From Chitinophaga pinensis (lineage in GTDB: Bacteria > Bacteroidota > Bacteroidia > UKL13-3), in assembly GCA_945873755.1 (NCBI GenBank), contig CAMCEM010000001.1, positions 19,469-83,468 of the forward strand: 64,000 bases of DNA. The letters run 5' to 3'. Below, piece by piece: positions 8,983 to 18,134 of this stretch (positions are counted from its first letter, which is position 1; the number at the start of each line of letters is the position of its first letter). Under the pieces are notes generated by a model that was not told where the DNA came from, did no database searches, and worked only from the letters and a program-made list of their open reading frames with translations. The translations under genes were made by a program, and so were the position numbers.

Positions 8983-10367
8983 TGAAAGTAGTACTTACAC
9001 ATGGATATTTTATAAACGAAGATGCAAAAGAGCAGGAAATTATGCGCCCATATATTCCGCTTGGCATTTTGTACATATCGGCTTGGTTACAAAAACACCA
9101 ATACGACAATGAAATATTCGATTCTACCTTTCAGAGTTTCGAAAAACAAAAGGTATTTATTTTAGCACATAAACCCAATGTAATTGGGCTTTACACTAAT
9201 TTAATGACCAAATTAAACGTATTGCGTTTGATGCAGTTTGTTAAAAACGAACCTACATTGACCCATACCAAAATAGTATTGGGTGGTCCTGAAGTTCGTA
9301 ACCACGTAAAAAACTTTTTAACACATGGTGCCGACTATATTGTGTTGGGTGAAGGAGAAGAAACCATGTTGGAGTTGGTACAATTTTTAGATGGGAAAAC
9401 CAATAAAACTATTAATGAAATTGAAGGAGTTTCTTTTTTAAATGAACAACAAGAAGTAGTTCAAAATAAAGAAAGACTTAAGATAAAAGAACTATCTGAT
9501 TTGCCTTTTCCTAATAGAACCAAAGTAAACCTACAGTTGTATTTTGATGCTTGGAAACAAAAACACGGAACCAGTGCCATTTCAATTAATACCATGCGCG
9601 GTTGCCCTTACAGTTGTAATTGGTGTAGCAGAGCAGTTTACGGACAAAGTTACAGACGTAGAAGTGCTAAAAATGTAGTTGATGAAATTGAATGGATTCA
9701 AAGCAATTATGAAGTAGATTCTGTTTGGTTTGTAGACGATGTGTTTACTGTTAGCCACAAATGGCTTAATGAATTCAACGAAGAGCTGCAAAGTCGCAAT
9801 ATTAAAATGCCTTACGAGTGTATAACCCGAGCCGATAGAATGAACGAAGCGGTAATATTAGATTTAAAATCAAGTGGCTGCTTTAGGGTTTGGATTGGTG
9901 CAGAAAGCGGTTCGCAAAAAGTTATTGATTTAATGGATAGGCGGGTAGATGTAAACCAAGTGAGGGAAATGATTCAATTGTCGCAGTTGCATGGAATTCA
10001 AGCGGGTACTTTTATTATGGTGGGTTATCCTGGAGAAACCGAAGATGATATTTTTGAAACAGTCAATCATTTAAAAGTATCAAACCCTGATATTTTTACC
10101 ATAACAGTAGCTTACCCAATTAAAGGAACACCTTTGTACCAAGAAGTAGAAGATAGATTTATAGCCAATTTGCCTTGGGAAACCAGCACAGATAGGGATA
10201 TTGATTTTAAACGTACCTATTCGCGCAAGTATTATAACTATGCAGTAAGTATGATTGTAAATGAGGTTAATGCCTATAAAGCACAACAAAAAGGCGAAGT
10301 ATTAAAAATGTCGAAAGCAAAACTAAAAGCAGTTATTCAAAGAGGAAGAATGTATTTAGCAAGATAA
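8982..10367 (+). CDS. B12-binding-domain radical SAM protein (class B), paralogue of 6747-8201
   Basis: 461 aa. N-terminal HGYFINEDAKE...PYIPLGILYISAWL. CPYSCNWC lies near nt 9602-9625. The ATG overlaps the upstream TAA (TAATG). Confidence 0.85.
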   Translation: MKVVLTHGYFINEDAKEQEIMRPYIPLGILYISAWLQKHQYDNEIFDSTFQSFEKQKVFILAHKPNVIGLYTNLMTKLNVLRLMQFVKNEPTLTHTKIVLGGPEVRNHVKNFLTHGADYIVLGEGEETMLELVQFLDGKTNKTINEIEGVSFLNEQQEVVQNKERLKIKELSDLPFPNRTKVNLQLYFDAWKQKHGTSAISINTMRGCPYSCNWCSRAVYGQSYRRRSAKNVVDEIEWIQSNYEVDSVWFVDDVFTVSHKWLNEFNEELQSRNIKMPYECITRADRMNEAVILDLKSSGCFRVWIGAESGSQKVIDLMDRRVDVNQVREMIQLSQLHGIQAGTFIMVGYPGETEDDIFETVNHLKVSNPDIFTITVAYPIKGTPLYQEVEDRFIANLPWETSTDRDIDFKRTYSRKYYNYAVSMIVNEVNAYKAQQKGEVLKMSKAKLKAVIQRGRMYLAR

Positions 10368-10424
10368 TTCATAATTTGTTTAAAATTATAAAACCAAAGT
10401 TTAACTATTAAAAATAAAATATTT

Positions 10425-12647
10425 ATGAAAAAAGGAATACTTTACTTCACATTATTTTTTAGCTTTTTGTTGGGCAATGCACAAGTTAATCAAACGAATA
10501 AACTCTCAGCTAATTTAATGCAATTGCTTGCCAAACCGAATGCTATAAATAGTAGTAATAAAGCCGTTTTATCAAAAATAAAAGGGGAAACTTTTGTTAG
10601 TACTTTAATAAAAGTTACTCCTCAAATAAATGAAAAAAGCATTACCCAATTAGGTGCATACATTGGCACAAAAGCGGGTAATATTTGGACCGTTCAAGTT
10701 CCAATCTCTCAATTACAAAAGTTTATTGCCATTACCCAAATTGATTATATTCAACTAGACGAACCCATAGCAAGTAATTTAGATGCAGCTATTAAATCGG
10801 CAAGGGCAGATTCTGTGCAGAATGGTATCAATTTGCCTTTGGCATATTCAGGTAAAGGTGTGGTTGTGGGAATTATTGATGCGGGTTTTGACTACACACA
10901 TCCTACTTTTTACGATACATCAGGAACTAATTTACGCATAAAACGCGTTTGGGAACAACACAACGATGGTACGCCTCCAATTGGTTATAATTATGGGAAC
11001 GAAATAAGCGATAATGCTACCATGTTAGCCAAAGGTTTTGAAGTAAATAGTTTTTCACATGGCACGCACGTGGGCGGAATAGCTGCTGGATCGGGTTATG
11101 GAACCAATAAAAAATACCGAGGTTTAGCTTACGAAAGCGATTTAGTAATAGTTGGTATTAAACCTGAAAAAACAGAATGGAAAACCTCTGGAATGGCCAG
11201 TATTTTAGATGGTATGAATTATATTTACAACTATGCAAAATCAGTAAATAAACCTGCTGTAGTTAATTTAAGTTGGGGCAATTCTATTGGTCCAAATGAC
11301 GGCAGTTCCTTATTCAGCCAGGCTTGTAATAATATGGTTGGTGAAGGAAAAATATTTGTTTTATCAGCTGGAAATAATGGCGATGAAAATATTCATATTC
11401 AAAAAACATTTACCAATACCGATACTGCTTTACATAGTTTTGTTACTTTCCCAACTATCAATGGCGAAAAGCGCAACTGGATTGATGTTTGGGGCGAAGT
11501 GGGTAAGCAATTTTGTTTAAAAATTAGTTTATATAATGGCTCAACAGTGAGCAGTGCAACAACTGATATTTGTTTAAATAATAATACATTAGATACTTTT
11601 TTGATAGGCTCAAAAAACGATACCTGCTTTTTAACCATCACTGCTAAAGCCGCTGATTATAATGGCAAGCCACATATTTTAGTAGATGTATTTAGTAAAA
11701 CAGCAGATAGATTTTGTGTAAGTGTGTTAGGACAAAGCGGTTTGGTGCATATGTGGCAAGGTTTTGTAAACGACTATAATGGTTATTATGGAGAGTTTAC
11801 TGCAGGCGGTTTCCCATGGGGAACTGCAGGAAATAGCAATTATACTTTAGGCGAAATGGCAAGCACACAATCAGCAATAACTGTGGCGGCTTATGCTTCT
11901 AAAATTACATTTAAAAACTTAGCGGGTTCTAACCAAAGTTATTCGGGTTATGCTTTTGTGGGTCAAATTACACCCTTTTCAAGTAAAGGTCCTACGGTGG
12001 ATGGGAGAATTAAGCCAGATATAACAGCACCAGGAATGACCATTGCTTCTGCTGTTAACTCGTTTGATGTTTCTTATTTATTGGGTGGAAGTAATTATGC
12101 GCAAAGTGTTGCCAAGTTTACTTTTGCTAAAAATAATCGTGAATATTATTATGCTGAAGCAAGTGGCACATCTATGTCATCGCCAATGGTTACAGGAATT
12201 GTGGCTTTATTGCTGCAAGCAAATCCTAAACTGACTCCAGCATTAATTAAAAACATTATTTTTAAAACAGCCATTACCGATATTTATACCAAACAACCTG
12301 TTGATTCAAGCAGATGGGGTGCGGGTAAAATTAATGCTTATGCTGCTATTAAGCTCACCATTGCTACTATTGGAGTAACCGAACAAAAGTTTACTCAAAC
12401 CCAAATTAATTTATTTCCAAATCCTACTTCGGGCAGTTTTCAGTTGTATTGCGAAGCAATCCAAAACAATGATTTGCAAGTAACCATTACCGATATTATG
12501 GGCAAAACCATTCAACAACATAATTGGAATGCAAGTGCTTCGAATAATACCCTTACCATTGATTTAGGAGACGAAAACAAAGGAGTTTATTTTGTGAGTA
12601 TTGGCAATGGTTTTAGCAACGAGGTGCGCAAAGTATTGGTTTATTAA
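10425..12647 (+). CDS. secreted subtilisin-like S8 serine peptidase with a T9SS C-terminal sorting domain
   Basis: Signal peptide present. Catalytic triad contexts are IIDAGFD, HGTHVGG and GTSMSSPMVTG. The C-terminus (NLFPNPTSGSFQL...GVYFVSI...KVLVY) resembles a Por/T9SS CTD. Confidence 0.85.
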   Translation: MKKGILYFTLFFSFLLGNAQVNQTNKLSANLMQLLAKPNAINSSNKAVLSKIKGETFVSTLIKVTPQINEKSITQLGAYIGTKAGNIWTVQVPISQLQKFIAITQIDYIQLDEPIASNLDAAIKSARADSVQNGINLPLAYSGKGVVVGIIDAGFDYTHPTFYDTSGTNLRIKRVWEQHNDGTPPIGYNYGNEISDNATMLAKGFEVNSFSHGTHVGGIAAGSGYGTNKKYRGLAYESDLVIVGIKPEKTEWKTSGMASILDGMNYIYNYAKSVNKPAVVNLSWGNSIGPNDGSSLFSQACNNMVGEGKIFVLSAGNNGDENIHIQKTFTNTDTALHSFVTFPTINGEKRNWIDVWGEVGKQFCLKISLYNGSTVSSATTDICLNNNTLDTFLIGSKNDTCFLTITAKAADYNGKPHILVDVFSKTADRFCVSVLGQSGLVHMWQGFVNDYNGYYGEFTAGGFPWGTAGNSNYTLGEMASTQSAITVAAYASKITFKNLAGSNQSYSGYAFVGQITPFSSKGPTVDGRIKPDITAPGMTIASAVNSFDVSYLLGGSNYAQSVAKFTFAKNNREYYYAEASGTSMSSPMVTGIVALLLQANPKLTPALIKNIIFKTAITDIYTKQPVDSSRWGAGKINAYAAIKLTIATIGVTEQKFTQTQINLFPNPTSGSFQLYCEAIQNNDLQVTITDIMGKTIQQHNWNASASNNTLTIDLGDENKGVYFVSIGNGFSNEVRKVLVY

Positions 12648-12680
12648 CGATGTTTTTTTAAACAAGAAATTTTTAAACAA

Positions 12681-13133
12681 CTAATACTTTATTCCCAATC
12701 TCTGGTAAACAAAGCCTAAAAGCCAAGCTGGTCCAATCAATAAAAACTGCAAATCTTTAATAAAAGAAGGTTTTTTGCCTTCTATTTTGTGTCCGTAAAA
12801 TTGGCCTAACCAAGCCAATACAAAAATGCCCAATGCTGTTTTCCAAAGCGCAATTGGTAAATGGCTTAATGCAATGGCTCCTAAAAAACAAACAATGTAA
12901 AATAACAATAAACCAATTGCAATTTTTGGTGAAAGGCGCGCATAAAATACAGTTGCAAAAATCATGAGTACACCCGCTAGGTTCAAAATTCCTGCTACAG
13001 GAACTAACGAAAATAAGCATACAATACTAAAAAATATACTTGGCACACATATCCAATGTATTAATTTATTAGTCGGATTTTGGTGACTTTCGCCATATTC
13101 GTTAAACCAATCTTGTATTGTTTTTTCAGACAT
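12681..13133 (-). CDS. Mpo1-like (DUF962) membrane protein
   Basis: 150 aa. YGESHQNPTNKLIHWICVP is followed by several TM helices. Confidence 0.6.
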   Translation of the reverse strand: MSEKTIQDWFNEYGESHQNPTNKLIHWICVPSIFFSIVCLFSLVPVAGILNLAGVLMIFATVFYARLSPKIAIGLLLFYIVCFLGAIALSHLPIALWKTALGIFVLAWLGQFYGHKIEGKKPSFIKDLQFLLIGPAWLLGFVYQRLGIKY

Positions 13134-13239
13134 AGTATTTTAGAGTATTTAAATACAATTATAGAATTTTTCTTGAATTGATTTAAAAAAGAAATAAAAC
13201 CACTATTCTATTAGTTGAATAAGGAATAACGATTAACAC

Positions 13240-13267
13240 AAAAGCCCGAATTTAAACTCGGGCTTTT
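13240..13267 (-). terminator. rho-independent terminator downstream of the aldehyde dehydrogenase gene
   Basis: aaaagcccga-atttaaac-tcgggctttt: a 9-10 bp GC-containing stem flanked by A/T runs, 55 nt past the stop at 13323. Confidence 0.7.
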
Positions 13268-13322
13268 AACAATCGTCTATTTTACTTAAAAGCCACTTCG
13301 ACTTCGCTCAGTGACCCAAGGT

Positions 13323-14870
13323 CTAAATATCAAATTTAATTCCTTGTGCCAATGGCAATTCTTTACCGTAGTTAATGGTGTTGGTTTGTCTGCGCATGTA
13401 GGCTTTCCAACTGTCGCTGCCACTTTCGCGTCCTCCTCCTGTTTCTTTTTCGCCACCAAATGCACCACCAATTTCAGCACCACTGGTTCCAATATTCACG
13501 TTTGCTATTCCGCAATCGCTACCCCAATGCGCTAAAAACGCTTCTGCTTCTTGCAAATTATCGGTAAATACACTTGAACTTAAACCTTGTTTTACTCCAT
13601 TTTGCAAAGCAATTGCCTCTTCAAAATTGGTGTATTTCATAATATACAGAATGGGTGCAAAAGTTTCGTGTTGTACTATTTTATAGTGGTTTTCTGCTTC
13701 GCAAATGGTTGGTTTTACATAACAACCACTTTCGTAACCTTCTCCTGTCATTACTTCAGCACCGCATAACACTTTTCCGCCTTCGGCTTTTAATTGTTCT
13801 ATTGAATTTAAATAAGCAGCCACTGCATCTTTATCAATTAATGGTCCTACTAAACTGCTGCCAAGCGGATTGCCAATGGTTAATTGCGCATAAGCTTTTA
13901 CTAGTTTTTCTTTTACTTTATCGTAAATACTTTCGTGAATAATTAACCTACGAGTTGTAGTGCAACGTTGGCCTGCAGTTCCTACAGCTCCAAAAACCAC
14001 GCCTACCATGGCTAAATCTAAGTTAGCAGCTGGAGTTAAAATTATGGCATTGTTTCCGCCTAATTCTAATAATGCTTTTCCAAAACGTTGGGCAACCGTA
14101 GCGCCAACTATTCTTCCCATACGGGTAGAACCAGTGGCTGAAATTAACGGAACACGTTCGTCTTTGCTCATTAATTCACCTACTTTATAATCGCCATTTA
14201 CCATGCAGAAAATTCCTTCAGGTAAATTATTTTCCTTTAAAATTTTTGCCATTAATAATTGGCAAGCAATTCCTGAAAGCGGTGTTTTTTCCGATGGTTT
14301 CCAAATACACACATCTCCACAAACAGCGGCTAACATGCTGTTCCAACTCCAAACTGCTACAGGGAAATTAAACGCTGAAATAATTCCAACTATTCCAAGC
14401 GGATGGTATTGGTCGTACATTCTGTGGTTTGGTCTTTCACTGTGCATGGTTGAACCTGTTAATTGACGACTTAATCCCACCGCAAAATCGCAAATGTCAA
14501 TCATTTCTTGCACCTCACCCAAACCTTCTTGCAGGCTTTTACCCATTTCGTAACTTACTAATTGACCAAGCGGTTGCTTGTATTCACGCAATAAATTTCC
14601 GTATTGTCGCACTATTTCGCCACGCTTTGGCGATGGAACTTTTCGCCATACTTTAAATGCTTCTTCAGCAGTTTTTACAACTTGGTTGTATTCTTCTTCT
14701 GTAGTAAATTTTATTTTACCAATTAGTTTTCCATCTACAGGAGAGAAAATTTCTTTTACTTCTGCATTGCTTGCAGCAAAATGGTTTTGACCGGTAGAAG
14801 TTCCTTCGTTTATTTCTTTTAAGTTTAACGATGTTAAAAAATCAAGAGAAAATGTTTGTGTTGCGCTCAT
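13323..14870 (-). CDS. aldehyde dehydrogenase, ALDH7-like (aminoadipate-semialdehyde / piperideine-6-carboxylate dehydrogenase type)
   Basis: 515 aa. LELGGNNAIIL and GTAGQRCTTTRR (catalytic Cys context), with the ALDH family layout throughout. Confidence 0.85.
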   Translation of the reverse strand: MSATQTFSLDFLTSLNLKEINEGTSTGQNHFAASNAEVKEIFSPVDGKLIGKIKFTTEEEYNQVVKTAEEAFKVWRKVPSPKRGEIVRQYGNLLREYKQPLGQLVSYEMGKSLQEGLGEVQEMIDICDFAVGLSRQLTGSTMHSERPNHRMYDQYHPLGIVGIISAFNFPVAVWSWNSMLAAVCGDVCIWKPSEKTPLSGIACQLLMAKILKENNLPEGIFCMVNGDYKVGELMSKDERVPLISATGSTRMGRIVGATVAQRFGKALLELGGNNAIILTPAANLDLAMVGVVFGAVGTAGQRCTTTRRLIIHESIYDKVKEKLVKAYAQLTIGNPLGSSLVGPLIDKDAVAAYLNSIEQLKAEGGKVLCGAEVMTGEGYESGCYVKPTICEAENHYKIVQHETFAPILYIMKYTNFEEAIALQNGVKQGLSSSVFTDNLQEAEAFLAHWGSDCGIANVNIGTSGAEIGGAFGGEKETGGGRESGSDSWKAYMRRQTNTINYGKELPLAQGIKFDI

Positions 14871-15006
14871 GTTAGTTCTTAGTTTGTTAGTTTATAGTAC
14901 TTAGTTTTTTATTCCGTTGGCTAAAGCCTCACTATTGTTATCGGCACACCTATTCATCTTTTATTATTTATTTGCTATTTTCTATTGTCTATGGACTATC
15001 GACCAA

Positions 15007-18000
15007 TTACAATTTAGCTTCCTTAATAATTTTTACAGGGTTTAATGCGTTCAAATTTAATATAAAACTTGCTCTTTCAAATGGGTGGTATAAATTATTA
15101 AATTCCCAAGCAGCAATTACATCAGCCGAGGCAAAAACGGGCAAATAGAGTTGAAAAATATTTTTAGCTATAGAAATGTAAACGCCACCACTATATGATA
15201 AAGTGGATTCGAGACTTGTTGTTCCGGTTTGGGGCGAATTGGATGATTTTTCCCAAAACACCACATCAGTATAAAAGCCAATGGGTAATTTAAAAGGAAA
15301 CGGAATGGTTAAATTAGCAGAAGTAAGCCAAGTGCTGCTACTACCAATGCCAACAAAATTCCTGAAACCAGCATCGCGGTTAATAACTTGGCGGGCTAAT
15401 AATGTTTGTTGTTGGTTTTGTTCAGCTCTTCCAAACATGGCTTCGTCATAAAAGTAATCAAAATTTCCAGTAGTTCCACCTGCTTGAAAATAACTTCTAC
15501 TTTGGCTATTATCGGTATATTTATTATAGCTTTTATTATCTAAAAATGTTCCTGCAAATAAGCGAATGGTTGCTGTTTTTCCTTTGTCGTTATATAAAAT
15601 TCCTTGTGTAAAATCGGCACTTATTCTTCCAAAAGTGTAGTTTATGGTACCTATTTGTAAATTCACGTTTGCACTGCTAGGAAATGTTTTCAAATCGTGT
15701 TTAAATTTATGAGTAATATCGAAAGCTGAAATTGATTGATTGTCCCAATTGTTAAAGTAACCACTGTTTTGTTTGTTTTCTAAAACAGTTACATGTCGCA
15801 GTTTTAAAACATTACTAAACAGACTTCTATCATTTTTTTGTTTAAAATGAAGTTCAATAAATGGAGCAAATTTTTCGTAAGTAGTATTCATAGAATAATC
15901 ATAATCAATTCCATTTATTCTAATTCCATTTTGAATCAACCCAAAGGTTGCAAACCGAGCCATGTTTACACCAATTTTTACTTTTTTATATGTACCGTCA
16001 TGTTTTGGGAAAATGTTTTTTGCCAAGTTTAAATAACCGTTCCAATCATTTGTTGTAAAGCTATATAAAGGCGTAAAACTTATTTCAGCTTTTGGCAATG
16101 GAAATACATCGTTGCTTAAATGTACGCCTAACATACTGTGGTTATAATTGTTCCAAGCATAAAGTGGAATACAAAATATTTGTCTTTTACTGGGGTTTTC
16201 TAAAGCGGGTAAAAAACGAATGGTGTAAGGTTTTTTCAACGAATTGTTTTGTCGGTAAAGGTCAATGGAATTAGTTTTTTGGTCAATAACTATATTTTGA
16301 AATTCGAAATTCGAAATTCGAAATTCGAATTTTTTCGTTCCTTCAAATCCTTCACTCAAAAGTGTGTTGTTGTTATTATCAGAAACATTAAAAGGAACTC
16401 TTAAACCTGTTTTATTTCTAATTGAAATACTATCTTTTGTATGACCAATAATTTTATAATCCATTTTTTGAGTAGAACCCAAAACACTATCAAAAAACCA
16501 ACTTAAATCTTTACCTGTAAAAGTTTCAGCATGGTATTTAAAATCGTTTGGAAGCGGATGTTTAAATTTCCATTTTTCGTAATAAGCTTGCATCATGGAA
16601 TCAAATTTATTATTACCTAAATAATTTTGAAGCATATAAAAACTCAATGGGTTTTTGGCGTAAATTATGGCACCATAATTAAAATCGGTATAAGTGGTAG
16701 AAGCTAAATTACCAGCTTGGTCTTCATTTTTTCTTGCAGCAATAGCATACAATAAACGTGCTTGTCCAAATCCCTCCATATCTAAATTAAACAAGTCTTT
16801 TACAATGTCTTTTTTCAAACCTTTTCTGGAACTATTATCTATTTGTTCTTGCGAACACCTGTTTTCATAATAAGTATTTAAGCTTTCGTCCATCCAAGGA
16901 TGATCACGCTCGTTGCTCCCTAAAATGCCATAAAACCAATTGTGCCCAACTTCGTGAATAATGGTGGTTCTGTCTATGCTTCCACAATTGGTAATGGTTG
17001 GGTATTCCATTCCGCCTCCAGCTTCCAGAGGCGTTATCACTACTTGTGCTAAATTGTAAGGATAATTACCAATATGGTCTGAGTAATATTTTATGCCTTC
17101 ATTTATAAAGCCAATTCCATTATTGTTTATTTTTTTTGCAAATAACCAAGTTTCAATTGTTTTGCCATTTTGTAAAGAAACCTCGCCTTTTTTTACGTTG
17201 AATTCTTTACTGGCAAACCAAGCAAAATCGTGAACGGAATCCTGAATATATCGCAATGTTTTAAACTCATTACTTGAAATAGGTGGAACTTCATATTCTA
17301 CAGCAGGCTTGGTAGCCAATGTATTTAAAAAGAGTTTTTCATCCTCATTTTGTAAATTGCCGGTGGCAGCCACTACATAGTTTTTAGGAACAGTAATGCT
17401 TACATCAAAACTACCAAACTCGCTGTAAAACTCACCTTGGTCTAAATATGGAATAGGGTTCCAACCGTTCACATCAAAAACAGCTGGCTTAGGAAACCAT
17501 TGAGTAATACAATACAATTGTTTTTCGTGGCCTATACGACTGAAAACCTTTGGTAATAGTACATAAAAAGGAGTGCTTAAGGATATTTTATCTCCTGTTT
17601 TTAGAGGTTGATTTAAAGTTATTAAGGCAATATCAATATCGTTGGTTAAATTCCATTTTACAGCAATATTATTTACTAAAAAATTTAAGCTATCAATACT
17701 TCCTAGTTCTTCGGGTTTGGCAAAATAAAAATCGGTTTTACCGTTTTCTAAATGTTGTTTTGCAAATGCAGTATTTCTGTTTTTATATGCATTGGGCCAT
17801 AAATGCATATAAAGTTCAGTTAGTTCATTGGGCGAATTATTGGTATAAACCATGCTAATATTGCCTTTTAATACATTGTTTGCATCATCAAGCGTAACAT
17901 TTATTTTGTATGAAACATGTTGCTGCCACGAAGCTTGGGTTAGTATTTTGGCTCTTTGCTGTCCAAATAACAGGGTAGCAAATAAAAGAAGGATTACAAA

Positions 18001-18018
18001 TAAAAAAGATTTTTTCAT
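15007..18018 (-). CDS. M1-family (gluzincin) metallopeptidase, large secreted form
   Basis: 1003 aa with a signal peptide. HEVGHNWFYGILGSNERDHPWMDESL gives HExxH-x18-E. Confidence 0.8.
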   Translation of the reverse strand: MKKSFLFVILLLFATLLFGQQRAKILTQASWQQHVSYKINVTLDDANNVLKGNISMVYTNNSPNELTELYMHLWPNAYKNRNTAFAKQHLENGKTDFYFAKPEELGSIDSLNFLVNNIAVKWNLTNDIDIALITLNQPLKTGDKISLSTPFYVLLPKVFSRIGHEKQLYCITQWFPKPAVFDVNGWNPIPYLDQGEFYSEFGSFDVSITVPKNYVVAATGNLQNEDEKLFLNTLATKPAVEYEVPPISSNEFKTLRYIQDSVHDFAWFASKEFNVKKGEVSLQNGKTIETWLFAKKINNNGIGFINEGIKYYSDHIGNYPYNLAQVVITPLEAGGGMEYPTITNCGSIDRTTIIHEVGHNWFYGILGSNERDHPWMDESLNTYYENRCSQEQIDNSSRKGLKKDIVKDLFNLDMEGFGQARLLYAIAARKNEDQAGNLASTTYTDFNYGAIIYAKNPLSFYMLQNYLGNNKFDSMMQAYYEKWKFKHPLPNDFKYHAETFTGKDLSWFFDSVLGSTQKMDYKIIGHTKDSISIRNKTGLRVPFNVSDNNNNTLLSEGFEGTKKFEFRISNFEFQNIVIDQKTNSIDLYRQNNSLKKPYTIRFLPALENPSKRQIFCIPLYAWNNYNHSMLGVHLSNDVFPLPKAEISFTPLYSFTTNDWNGYLNLAKNIFPKHDGTYKKVKIGVNMARFATFGLIQNGIRINGIDYDYSMNTTYEKFAPFIELHFKQKNDRSLFSNVLKLRHVTVLENKQNSGYFNNWDNQSISAFDITHKFKHDLKTFPSSANVNLQIGTINYTFGRISADFTQGILYNDKGKTATIRLFAGTFLDNKSYNKYTDNSQSRSYFQAGGTTGNFDYFYDEAMFGRAEQNQQQTLLARQVINRDAGFRNFVGIGSSSTWLTSANLTIPFPFKLPIGFYTDVVFWEKSSNSPQTGTTSLESTLSYSGGVYISIAKNIFQLYLPVFASADVIAAWEFNNLYHPFERASFILNLNALNPVKIIKEAKL
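16299..16330. repeat. heptanucleotide tandem repeat (GAAATTC / TTCGAAA) x4 plus a partial unit, inside the M1 peptidase gene
   Basis: gaaattc gaaattc gaaattc gaaattc gaat..., read directly. It encodes ...KFEFRISNFEFQ... on the minus strand. Confidence 0.9.
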
Positions 18019-18103
18019 TTTTGAAATATTTTGTTTTTAACAAGTGTTCAAATATTTGTAAAATATCTGACCTTAAAAAGACCATTTAAATAATTTATGA
18101 ACT

Positions 18104-18111
18104 TATATTTG
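18104..18111 (+). promoter_or_regulatory. Bacteroidota -7 promoter box (TAnnTTTG)
   Basis: TATATTTG lies 23 nt upstream of the ATG at 18135. Confidence 0.45.
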
Positions 18112-18134
18112 TATAACCAATTTAGAATTTACGT

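Noticed and set aside
10425-12647. The S8 peptidase as a member of the radical SAM cluster (e.g. a RiPP leader protease).
   Set aside because: It is separated from the cluster by a 57-bp AT-rich gap. It has its own signal peptide and a T9SS secretion domain, so it acts outside the cell. I found no precursor peptide. I treat it as an independent neighbour.
13311-14790. A series of plus-strand ORFs of 60-95 aa (13311-13535, 13587-13769, 13655-13942, 13960-14190, 14203-14466, 14429-14656, 14578-14790). Similar antisense ORFs lie inside many other genes in the track.
   Set aside because: They lie wholly antisense to the well-supported 515-aa aldehyde dehydrogenase gene. Their composition is low-complexity or odd, and they have no motifs. 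They are typical shadow ORFs. The same reasoning applies to the other short ORFs nested in long genes.
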